Positions 1 to 7,271 of a stretch of 32,000 bases of DNA are shown piece by piece (position 1 is the first letter of the stretch; each line of letters begins with the position of its first letter). Where the stretch lies: contig NZ_PJNW01000016.1 of the NCBI RefSeq assembly GCF_002844595.1, forward strand, positions 827 to 32,826, read 5' to 3'. The stretch comes from Pleomorphomonas diazotrophica (GTDB lineage: Bacteria; Pseudomonadota; Alphaproteobacteria; Rhizobiales; Pleomorphomonadaceae). The notes under the pieces are model-generated. The model saw only the letters and a list, made by a program, of their open reading frames with translations. It was not told where the DNA came from and did not search any database. The position numbers and the translations under genes were made by a program.

Positions 1-515
1 ATGATCAATGCCGCCTCACCCGACAGCCACTTGCCGATGGTCTCATAGGCGCTGCCGAACAGATAGCCGAGAGCAATGAAGAAGAGACACTTCGGAATGC
101 CGGCCAGGATATTGGCGACGAGAAAATCCGAAAATGGCATGCGTGCAGCGCCGGCGGCCGTCAGGGCGGCAAAGCCGGCGGCGTGGGTCAACTTGGCCGC
201 CACCAGAATGCGGGTGCCATTGCGCCGGAATCCACGCATCAGGCAGTACAGTCGGTGCGGCGACAAGCCCAACCGACCGCGCCAGGCAGGGCTGAGACCG
301 CCGAGTGCCAGGCGGCCGAGGAAATACAGCAGGCTGTCGCCCAGGATGTCGGCCACGACCACGCAAGGAACGACCTGCCAGAGGCTGAGGATCGACAGCT
401 TGGCGAGGTAACCGGCGATGACGGTGACGATCGGCCCCTCCAGCACGGCGAGCGGTGTCAGCACCCACAGGCCGTAGCTCGACATCATCGAGACGAGTTC
501 GGCGTGCTCAATCAT
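1..515 (-). CDS. DedA/VTT-family inner-membrane protein; the gene continues beyond window start, so the C-terminus is missing
   Basis: Absent from the ORF track because it runs off the edge. My reverse-strand translation from ATG 515-513 gives MIEHAELVSMMSSYGLWVLTPLAVLEGPIVTVIAGYLAK..VVADILGDSLLYFLGR..FLVANILAGIPKCLFFIALGYLFGSAYE, with no stop down to position 1. LEGPI..AG and GDxxxYxxGR are DedA hallmarks. The ATG overlaps the stop (510-508) of the upstream glycosyltransferase by 8 nt. Confidence 0.8.
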   Translation of the reverse strand, partial: MIEHAELVSMMSSYGLWVLTPLAVLEGPIVTVIAGYLAKLSILSLWQVVPCVVVADILGDSLLYFLGRLALGGLSPAWRGRLGLSPHRLYCLMRGFRRNGTRILVAAKLTHAAGFAALTAAGAARMPFSDFLVANILAGIPKCLFFIALGYLFGSAYETIGKWLSGEAALI

Positions 516-1650
516 GGTCGGCCAGGGCCGGCGTCATGCGCTCATCGGAACTGAGCGGCTCGATGGCATTGCCGCGCCATTCGATGTCGCGTTTCCGGAA
601 GGTCGCCAGCCACAGGACCGGCAACAGCGCGTCCCGGAGCGGCAGAGCCAGAACGTCGCGCCAGGACGATGGCCAACCGGCCCGCCGCATCAGCACATAC
701 TCGGCGCCATACCAGATGGCGGCGATGGCCGGCAGCAGAACGATCGACATATCCAGCCGGGCAGCGGCGATCCCCGCCAGGATGAAAGGCACCATCGGCC
801 CGTTGAAGGGTTCGGCGGCGAACAGGAGCGGGAAGCCGTCGCGGCGCACCCGGCTCCAGCGGAGCTGACGATTCCACACGTCGCGAAACGACCGCCGGCC
901 GATCGGCTGGGCGAAGGGCAGCGGCGTCAATCTCACCTTGAGGCCGGCGCCGCGCACCAGCTTGGTGGCGTTGACGTCCTCGGCGAGATAGCGCCCGAGC
1001 GCCTCGAGACCACCTGCCTCGTTCAGCATCCTGCGGTTCCAGAACAGCGTCTTGCCCTGGGCGAACCCATTGCCGAGGCTGTCGGAGGCAAACTGCAGAC
1101 GGGCCTGGTTGCCATTGAGGAAGGCGCATTCCAGCGAGCCGGCCAAACCATCGGGCCGCTCGCCCATCGGTGGTGAGGAAACGAGGCCGGTTTCTTCATC
1201 CCATGACGCGACGACGGTGCGAAGATAGTCGGCCGGCAGACGAAGGTTGCTGTCGGCCATGCACACCCAGTCGGCATCGGCAGCCTGCCAGCCGGACCAG
1301 AGATTGTTGAGCTTGGGATTGCGGGTCACCCGCCGTTCGCCAACAAGAAGGCGGGCCTGACGATGTGTATGTTCGGCAATCAGTTCACGAAGCAAGGGCA
1401 CCGACGGATCTTCCTCCGACGGTGCACAGAAGATCACCTCGTAGTCGGGATAATCCTGCGCGAAGGAACTCGCGAGCGTTTCCCTGTCGAAAGCCTCCCG
1501 GCCGCAGACCGGTCGAAGCAGGGTCACCCTGGGCATGCCGATCGCGCCTTCCGCCGGCAACCGGCGTCGCAATCGGAAAAGATAGAGGCTTACGGTCAGG
1601 AGATGGGCGGCGAGCAAGGCTGCGGCAAGAACGATCACGGCTTCTGTCAT
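508..1650 (-). CDS. GT21/GT2-family lipid glycosyltransferase (ceramide glucosyltransferase-like; Pgt-like processive glycosyl-diacylglycerol synthase candidate)
   Basis: 380-aa ORF with an N-terminal TM helix, a GT-A core with acidic motif CMADSN, the (Q/R)xxRW motif NRQLRWSRV, and C-terminal hydrophobic segments. ATG 1650-1648 overlaps the TGA 1649-1647 of the upstream gene (ATGA). Confidence 0.85.
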   Translation of the reverse strand: MTEAVIVLAAALLAAHLLTVSLYLFRLRRRLPAEGAIGMPRVTLLRPVCGREAFDRETLASSFAQDYPDYEVIFCAPSEEDPSVPLLRELIAEHTHRQARLLVGERRVTRNPKLNNLWSGWQAADADWVCMADSNLRLPADYLRTVVASWDEETGLVSSPPMGERPDGLAGSLECAFLNGNQARLQFASDSLGNGFAQGKTLFWNRRMLNEAGGLEALGRYLAEDVNATKLVRGAGLKVRLTPLPFAQPIGRRSFRDVWNRQLRWSRVRRDGFPLLFAAEPFNGPMVPFILAGIAAARLDMSIVLLPAIAAIWYGAEYVLMRRAGWPSSWRDVLALPLRDALLPVLWLATFRKRDIEWRGNAIEPLSSDERMTPALADHD

Positions 1651-2489
1651 GCGTGAACCACCTGGGCTTCAGTGCGGAGACCAGAGCCGAAAACCGACAG
1701 GGCCTGGCCGTCGACCAGATGCAGGCGGCCATTGTAGTCCTCGGACAGGCACGTGATGCTTGTAACCCAGTCGCCACAGTTGGCATAGAGGAGACCGTGG
1801 CGGTCGTGCAAGCCAGCCATATGATAGTGGCCGCAAATCACCCCGTCGACACCCCGCTGGCGCGCCAGCTCGACCAAGCGGCGCTCGTGCCCCCGGCCGA
1901 GATGCAACGCGGCGTTGACCGCGGCGAACGCCCTGTCGACCCGGCCGCCGAACCGCGGCGCGCCCCTCCCCTCGCTTGGCATGACAGCGGCGCAGAGCAG
2001 GCGGGCAAGGCTTTCGAGATAGGTGCCGATGCGCGTCAGGAGGTGGCTGCGAATGAAGGCCCGATCCTGACAGTCGCCGTGGACGACCAGATAGCGGCGG
2101 CCGTCGGCGGCGACATGCACCATCTCCTCGATGGGATCGACCGGCAGGCGGCGATGGTCGGGCGTGAGTGCGGGAGCCGGATCGTGGTTGCCGATCAGGT
2201 AGATCAGCTCGGCGCCCTCGGCATGCCGCCGGCGCAGATGGTCGATCACCGCGTCACAGGCGGCGGCGCGCCCCAGAGAGAACGGGACACCAGCGTCGAG
2301 AATATCCCCGACGAGGATGTAGGTGTCGGCCCGGTTCTGATCGAGGAAGCGGAGAACCAGATCGGCCCGCGCGCCGATCGCACCGAGATGCAGGTCGGAA
2401 AGAAACAGACTGCGATGGCGACGGACCGGTGCCTTTTTGGGTGCGGGATCGGACAAGGCGCTCTCCTTCAGTTCCTGCATCTTCCCCAT
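1647..2489 (-). CDS. LpxH-family calcineurin-like metallophosphoesterase (annotated type: UDP-2,3-diacylglucosamine diphosphatase; context suggests PlcP-like phospholipase C)
   Basis: 280-aa ORF with metallophosphoesterase motifs SDLHLG, VGDILD, IGNHD, VVHGD and CGHYH. It is first in a three-gene overlapping unit with a lipid glycosyltransferase. Confidence 0.8.
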   Translation of the reverse strand: MGKMQELKESALSDPAPKKAPVRRHRSLFLSDLHLGAIGARADLVLRFLDQNRADTYILVGDILDAGVPFSLGRAAACDAVIDHLRRRHAEGAELIYLIGNHDPAPALTPDHRRLPVDPIEEMVHVAADGRRYLVVHGDCQDRAFIRSHLLTRIGTYLESLARLLCAAVMPSEGRGAPRFGGRVDRAFAAVNAALHLGRGHERRLVELARQRGVDGVICGHYHMAGLHDRHGLLYANCGDWVTSITCLSEDYNGRLHLVDGQALSVFGSGLRTEAQVVHA

Positions 2490-2524
2490 GGGCAGAAGAT
2501 CGACTGATTACCCGCCAAAGAAAC

Positions 2525-2605
2525 TTTGCAGAATGATGACGGTTCCACCGGAATGCACGGTCAGAAACACAATACCTTTGCCAATGCGCAATATTATTCT
2601 GCAAA
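2525..2605 (-). promoter_or_regulatory. Upstream control region of the metallophosphoesterase operon: 13-bp inverted repeat plus weak Pho-box-like and EcfG-like motifs
   Basis: tttgcagaatgat (2525-2537) and attattctgcaaa (2593-2605) are reverse complements at 12 of 13 positions. The minus strand reads CCGTCAT-catt-CTGCAAA (2542-2525), about 10 of 14 matches to CTGTCAT-N4-CTGTCAT. The minus strand also reads GGAAC(2546-2542)-N16-AGTT(2525-2522). Confidence 0.3.
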
Positions 2606-2691
2606 TAGGACAGAATACATCGCTCGCTGCCTTATGTTTGTTCGATTATGCTTGAATGCAAGGGGCCCGGCTTTCGTAACCGAGCCGACAG

Positions 2692-2714
2692 GCGCCAGCG
2701 GTGAACACTGGCGC
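2692..2714. other. GC-rich hairpin downstream of the ROK gene (possible factor-independent stop, no clear U-tract)
   Basis: gcgccag (2692-2698) and ctggcgc (2708-2714) form a perfect 7-bp stem with a 9-nt loop. On the + strand it is followed only by gtttcc. Confidence 0.25.
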
Positions 2715-2822
2715 GTTTCCGCAGCGACGGCACGGCTGAGCCAGACGGAATGGTTCGGTGCAGACGGGACAGCTGGGGCTGACGCTCTCAAGAACAAGTC
2801 CGCATCTCGGAGCCTAAATGGA

Positions 2823-4085
2823 TCAGTCGGCCCGCTCCATCGAACGCTCTCCGTTTGCCGACCGACCAGTGGGCGATCGGGCTGCGGCGGAGGCGATGCG
2901 GTTGAGCAAAGCCACCGCGCCGGCCGGAGAGAAGGCATTGTCGACCACCAGTTGGCCGGTGCCGAACAGGGCGATATCGGCCTGCGGCGGCGCAAGCACG
3001 ATGGTCAGCTCCCGCGTCGCCAACGGCAGGCCGCGTTGGTAGACCAGCTCGCGAATACCTGACAGCAGGAAGTCGCCGCCGCGCGCCAGGGTCCCGCCCA
3101 CCACGATCAAGCCTGGATTGAGGATACTGACCACGTCGGCCGTCACCTCGCCGATGACGCGGCCAGCCTTGCGCAGCATCATGATCGCTTCGGGGACTTG
3201 TTGCTCGACGAGCGCGATCACGTCACGGGCATTGTCGGCCTTGAAGCCACGCGTTCGCAAATCGCGCGCGATGGCCCAGCCTGCCGCGCGCGCCTCGACG
3301 CAACCCAGTTTTCCGCAACGGCAGAGGGGCGCATCGGCCGAATCGAACTGGATGTGGCCGATATCGCCCGAGGCGCCATGGGCACCGCGGAAGATCTTGC
3401 CGTCGGCGATGAAGCCGGCGCCGATGCCGGTACCAACCTTGATGAACAGCATGTCGTCGGCTTGCGGAAAGTGCCGGCGGTATTCGTAGAGGGTCATCAG
3501 GTTGACGTCGTTGTCGACATAAACGGGCACGCCGAAATGCTCGACCATCGGTCCGATGATGTCGACGTCGTCCCAGCCCCTCATGATCGAAGGCCCGACG
3601 ACGCGGCCACGCTTGTAATCCACCGGGGCGGGCAGACTTAGCCCTATACCGAGCAGGATACCGTTGCCGCCACCGGCGTCCGACAGCAGGCGGCGGAATC
3701 CGTCGGCAATCTTGTCCAGCGTTGCCGCAGGTCCCTCGGCCACCTCGTAGCGCAACGTGCTCTGGGCGATGACCGCCGGCTCCGGCGACATCAGCGCCAA
3801 ATGAAGGTGCGCCTCGCCGATGTTGGCCACCAGCACATGGCCGGCCCGCCTGTTGACGGCCAACACCCTGGTGGGCCGCCCGCCACTCGGTAGCGTCCGT
3901 GCCGCCTCCTCGATGAGATCGGCGGCGATCAACGCATTCAGTCGCTGGGTCACGGTGACCCGTGACAGGCCCGACCGTTCGAGCAGCGCCGAGCGCGATA
4001 CCGCCTCGCCGGTGGCAATCAGCGAGAAGATGTCGCTGGCGTTGGTCAGCGCGGAGGCGTCGCTGGCGCTGTCTTTGATCGGCAT
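2823..4085 (-). CDS. ROK-family transcriptional regulator (NagC/XylR type)
   Basis: 420-aa ORF with an N-terminal winged HTH (SRSALLERSGLSRVTVTQRLNAL), a sugar-kinase-like fold (IKVGTGIGAG) and the ROK zinc motif CRCGKLGCVE. AGGAG lies about 8 nt upstream of the ATG. Confidence 0.9.
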   Translation of the reverse strand: MPIKDSASDASALTNASDIFSLIATGEAVSRSALLERSGLSRVTVTQRLNALIAADLIEEAARTLPSGGRPTRVLAVNRRAGHVLVANIGEAHLHLALMSPEPAVIAQSTLRYEVAEGPAATLDKIADGFRRLLSDAGGGNGILLGIGLSLPAPVDYKRGRVVGPSIMRGWDDVDIIGPMVEHFGVPVYVDNDVNLMTLYEYRRHFPQADDMLFIKVGTGIGAGFIADGKIFRGAHGASGDIGHIQFDSADAPLCRCGKLGCVEARAAGWAIARDLRTRGFKADNARDVIALVEQQVPEAIMMLRKAGRVIGEVTADVVSILNPGLIVVGGTLARGGDFLLSGIRELVYQRGLPLATRELTIVLAPPQADIALFGTGQLVVDNAFSPAGAVALLNRIASAAARSPTGRSANGERSMERAD

Positions 4086-4161
4086 CCCAATACTCCTGCT
4101 GGGTCACGTGTAGCCAAGAATCGGGGCCGGATAAAGCGTCGAGGAGCGTCGTCGCTATTAC

Positions 4162-4183
4162 TTATGTATAGAAATATACAAAA
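4162..4183. promoter_or_regulatory. Candidate operator (imperfect palindrome) in the ROK/kinase divergent intergenic region
   Basis: TTATGTATA-gaaa-TATACAAAA: 9-bp arms matching at 8 of 9 positions. It sits in an AT-rich island and is followed by TTGACT at 4189-4194. It shares TA(G/A)AAATATACAAA with 5942-5955. Confidence 0.4.
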
Positions 4184-4312
4184 TGATGTTGACTTTTGAC
4201 CATACCAAGCCTTTGTTCGGATGAGGAGAGAGCTCTGCCGGCCGGAAGCAATGTGGCCGAGGCCGCTTCCAGTATGGGGCGGACGCAGCAGCGTCGATCA
4301 GGGGAGCGGTGC

Positions 4313-5944
4313 ATGACCGGGCGGTATCTCATCGGCCTCGACTTCGGGACGCTGTCAGTACGCGGAGTGCTGATCGACGCCGAGTCGGGCATCGCGATCG
4401 ATTACCATGCCTCACCCTACCGCCATGGTGTCATGAGCGGGTCTTTGGCGGACGGCACGCCCCTGCCCTCCGGCTTCGCCCTGCAAGACGCCCATGATTA
4501 CGTCGTTGCCGCCGAGGAGGTGCTCTGTCGCCTGGGGCAGCATCGCCATATCCTGTCGATCGGCATTGATTTCACGGCCTCGTCTCCCCTGCCGGCGACG
4601 GCCGACGGCACGCCTCTGTCGGCACTGTTGCCAAACGAGCCCCACGCCTATGTGAAGCTCTGGAAACACGCTGCCGCCCAACGCTACGCCGACGCCATCA
4701 ACGCCGCGGGCGGCGCCTTTCTCGACAACTTCGGCGGGCGGCTGTCGGGGGAGTGGCTGCTCGCCAAGGCGGCGCAGGTGGCGAGCGAAGCGCCGACGGT
4801 CTGGGCGCTGACCGAACGCTTCATCGAGGCCGGCGACTGGATGGTCTCGCAGCTTACCGGATGTGAGGCGCGCAATCTCGGTTTCGCCGCCTACAAGGCG
4901 CAATACTCTGCCGCTACCGGCTATCCGGAAGGCATCGTTCCCGGTCTGAACGCCCGCCTTGCTCCGCCACTGAAGGCCGGCAGCCCGGCCGGTGAGCTCA
5001 ACGCCGAGTGGCGCCGAAAAGCCGGCATCAAGGGGCCGGCAGTGGTGGCCGTGGCAGTGATCGACTCGCATGCAGTCTTGCCCGCGGTCGGCGCGGTCGA
5101 GGACGGCATGGCAGCCGGAGCTCTCGGAACATCGGCCGCATATTTGTTTCTAGCCGAGCGTCCGCTCAGCCTGCCTGCCGGTCTCGAAGGCATGGCGCGC
5201 GACGGCTCCCTGCCGGGCTTCTGGCTCCACGAGGCAGGACAAGCGGCCTTCGGCGACCTCCTCGCCTGGTTCGTCCGCACCTTCCCGCGCGGCTCAGATC
5301 TGGCGGCAAGCTTCGCAGCCTACAACGCCGAGGCGGCGATGCTGGAGCCGGGCGACAGTCATCTCGTCGGTCTCGATTGGTGGAATGGAAATCGCGTCCC
5401 CCACGCGGACTCACGGCTTTCGGGACTTCTGATGGGCTTCGGCATGGATACGACGGCCGCTGGCATCTACAGGGCTCTGATGGAGGCGATCTGCTACGGA
5501 ACGCGGCAGGTCATGGAGCTGGCCGCCGCAGGCAGCCTCGGCACGGGGCGGGTCGTCATGACCTCAGGCCTCGCCGAGACCAACCCGCTCTTGTTGACGA
5601 TCATGGCGGATGTCCTCGGCAGGGACATCGAGCTGCCGGAGATCGCGCATGCCACGGCGACCGGAGCCGCCATCCATGGCGCCGTCGCCGCGGGCGTGGT
5701 CGCCGATTTCCGCGACGGCGCCGCACGCTTCGGCGCGCGCTCGCGGCGGGTCTTCCATCCCGACCCGGACCGGTCCAAGCGCTATCAGCCGCTGTTTTCC
5801 ATCTACTGCGAGTTGGCAAGCCTCACGCCTGTGCAGGCGGCGATGCGGCGTATCGGACCGCAGAGGCGCGCACCTGACAACGCGCCGAACGCCATCGCCG
5901 GCCCATCGCTTGAAGATGGCAAACTGACGGCTACTTTTGGATAA
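4313..5944 (+). CDS. araB: FGGY-family carbohydrate kinase, ribulokinase (AraB)-like
   Basis: In-frame part of ORF 4196..5944. I chose ATG 4313 because GGGGAG lies 7 nt upstream. The N-terminus YLIGLDFGTLSVRGVLID...LPSGFALQDAHDYV closely resembles Bacillus-type AraB (IGVDFGTLSGRAVLV...LPRDWALQHPADYI). Length is 543 aa. Confidence 0.7.
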   Translation: MTGRYLIGLDFGTLSVRGVLIDAESGIAIDYHASPYRHGVMSGSLADGTPLPSGFALQDAHDYVVAAEEVLCRLGQHRHILSIGIDFTASSPLPATADGTPLSALLPNEPHAYVKLWKHAAAQRYADAINAAGGAFLDNFGGRLSGEWLLAKAAQVASEAPTVWALTERFIEAGDWMVSQLTGCEARNLGFAAYKAQYSAATGYPEGIVPGLNARLAPPLKAGSPAGELNAEWRRKAGIKGPAVVAVAVIDSHAVLPAVGAVEDGMAAGALGTSAAYLFLAERPLSLPAGLEGMARDGSLPGFWLHEAGQAAFGDLLAWFVRTFPRGSDLAASFAAYNAEAAMLEPGDSHLVGLDWWNGNRVPHADSRLSGLLMGFGMDTTAAGIYRALMEAICYGTRQVMELAAAGSLGTGRVVMTSGLAETNPLLLTIMADVLGRDIELPEIAHATATGAAIHGAVAAGVVADFRDGAARFGARSRRVFHPDPDRSKRYQPLFSIYCELASLTPVQAAMRRIGPQRRAPDNAPNAIAGPSLEDGKLTATFG

Positions 5945-5978
5945 AAATATACAAATATAGATCGTTTATGTTTGACTT
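5942..5978 (+). promoter_or_regulatory. Second copy of the AT-rich motif plus TTGACT -35-like hexamer upstream of the binding-protein gene
   Basis: TAAAAATATACAAA at 5942-5955 differs from 4169-4182 at one position. ATGTTTGACTT at 5968-5978 corresponds to ATGTTGACTT at 4186-4195. Motif-to-TTGACT spacing differs by 10 bp between the two copies. Confidence 0.35.
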
Positions 5979-6068
5979 CATCCATAATAGGTGTCAAATC
6001 GAGGTGGCCTCGGAGGAAGGCCAGGAGCCGACGAGGAACCGGCTCCGAACATAAACCGGGAGGAAACG

Positions 6069-7091
6069 ATGCAGGCTTCTCGTCACGGCAGGTCTCGCCA
6101 TGCGATCTCGGAGTTCACGGCGGGCTGCGCCGCATTTGCGCTCGTCTTCGGCCTCGCCGGCGCAGCCGGTGTCTCCGGCGCCCAGGCTGCCGACGTTATC
6201 GTCGGTCTGGTGACCAAGACCGAGGTCAATCCATTCTTCGTCAAGATGCGTCAGGCGGCCGAGGCCGAGGCAAAGGCCAAGGGGCTGACGCTGATCGCCC
6301 GCGCCGGCAAGTTCGACGGCGACAATGAGGGTCAGGTCGCAGCCATCGAAGACCTGATCTCGGCCGGCGCCAAGGGCATTCTGGTGACGCCCAACAACTC
6401 CTCCGGCATGCTCGGCGTCATCAAGAAGGCACGCGACGCCGGCGTGCTGGTGATTGCGCTGGATACGGCCACCGATCCGGCCGACGCGGTCGATGCCACC
6501 TTCGCCACCGACAACTTCCAGGCCGGCGTGCAGCAGGGCGCCTATGCCAAGGCGGCGCTCGGCGACAAGACGCCGGTGATTGCCATGCTCGACGGCACGC
6601 CCGGTGGCACGGTGGACACCTTCCGCCACGACGGCTTCCTGAAGGGCTTCGGCATTGCCGAAGGCGATCCGGCCATTGCCGGCGCCGCCATCACCAACGG
6701 CGCCCAGGACAAGGGCCAGATCGGGATGGAAAACCTTCTGTCCAAGAACGGCGACATCAACGTCGTCTATACCATCAACGAACCGGCGGCGGCCGGCGGC
6801 TACCAGGCCCTGAAGTCCTTCGGCAAGGAAAAGGACGTGATCCTGACCTCGATCGATGGCGGCTGCGCCGGCGTGCGCAATGTCCAGGCGGGGGTCATCG
6901 CGGCAACCGTGATGCAGTTCCCCTACAAGATGGCGTCGATGGGCGTCGACGCGGTGGCCGAATATGCCGCGTCGGGCAAGAAGCCGTCCGGTTTCGTCAA
7001 CACCGGCTCCTATCTGATCACCGACAAGCCGATGCCGGGGCTCGAGTCCAAGGACAGCGCATGGGGCCTCGAGAACTGCTGGGGTGACTGA
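6069..7091 (+). CDS. Sugar ABC transporter periplasmic binding protein (PBP1/CUT2, FrcB-like)
   Basis: In-frame part of ORF 5991..7091. ATG 6069 is preceded by GGGAGGA. Signal peptide ...GVSGAQA/AD. VTKTEVNPFFVKM and ALDT...ATFATDN are typical of ribose/fructose-type binding proteins. The C-terminal ...ENCWGD resembles FrcB. Confidence 0.8.
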   Translation: MQASRHGRSRHAISEFTAGCAAFALVFGLAGAAGVSGAQAADVIVGLVTKTEVNPFFVKMRQAAEAEAKAKGLTLIARAGKFDGDNEGQVAAIEDLISAGAKGILVTPNNSSGMLGVIKKARDAGVLVIALDTATDPADAVDATFATDNFQAGVQQGAYAKAALGDKTPVIAMLDGTPGGTVDTFRHDGFLKGFGIAEGDPAIAGAAITNGAQDKGQIGMENLLSKNGDINVVYTINEPAAAGGYQALKSFGKEKDVILTSIDGGCAGVRNVQAGVIAATVMQFPYKMASMGVDAVAEYAASGKKPSGFVNTGSYLITDKPMPGLESKDSAWGLENCWGD

Positions 7092-7103
7092 CCTCCTCCC
7101 AGT

Positions 7104-7143
7104 CCCGATGGTGCGCATTCGGCAGCGAAGGCGCGCCATCGGG
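7104..7143 (+). other. Intra-operon stem-loop after the binding-protein gene
   Basis: cccgatggtgcgc (7104-7116) pairs with gcgcgccatcggg (7131-7143) in a 13-bp stem with one G-U pair and a 14-nt loop. Confidence 0.5.
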
Positions 7144-7209
7144 TGCCGGCAGGCGTCTGGCGTCGCCGTTCTTCGGCTTCCCCCTGAGCCGACCGGCTGA
7201 TGCCTTCAC

Positions 7210-7240
7210 GGACCGGCGGGCTGACAGCGTCCGCCGGTCC
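7210..7240 (+). other. Second intra-operon stem-loop
   Basis: ggaccggcgg (7210-7219) and ccgccggtcc (7231-7240) form a perfect 10-bp stem with an 11-nt loop, followed by gctttc. Confidence 0.5.
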
Positions 7241-7271
7241 GCTTTCACGATACGTCAGTTGCGAGGTCCCC

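Noticed and set aside
43-468. 141-aa minus-strand ORF at the left edge
   Set aside because: It is in the wrong frame. The open frame that starts at 515 and runs off the window gives a convincing DedA-family sequence, whereas this ORF is Arg-rich nonsense.
1647-2489. Calling the metallophosphoesterase a genuine lipid A LpxH
   Set aside because: The family assignment is solid. However, the gene is translationally coupled to a lipid glycosyltransferase rather than to lpx genes, and alphaproteobacteria generally use LpxI. A PlcP-like role is more plausible, though unproven from sequence.
2646-2714. Possible plus-strand small RNA: TTATGCTTGA (2646-2655, identical to the 10-mer at 10007-10016) followed by hairpin 2692-2714
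   Set aside because: There is no acceptable -10 element 16-18 nt after CTTGAA, and the hairpin lacks a U-tract. A 10-mer shared between AT-rich promoter-like stretches could be chance or a relic. There is not enough evidence to call an RNA gene.
4196-4312. Longer N-terminal extensions from the ORF track: 4196 for the kinase, 5991 and 7200 for the binding protein and permease, 24838, 26973 and 28057 for the other transport genes
   Set aside because: The internal starts 4313, 6069, 7272, 24778, 26916 and 28084 each have a good Shine-Dalgarno sequence at 6-9 nt. They also give the expected N-termini: the kinase GLDFG motif near the start, signal peptides, and ABC N-termini.
5994-7139. 381-aa minus-strand ORF. 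The same issue applies to 10050..11045(-), 11435..12412(-), 1365..2507(+), 24778..25785(+), 25831..27006(+), 26916..27761(+) and 3223..4107(-).
   Set aside because: All lie antisense or out of frame to genes with strong family signatures and give Arg/Gly/Pro-rich nonsense. They are rejected as coding.
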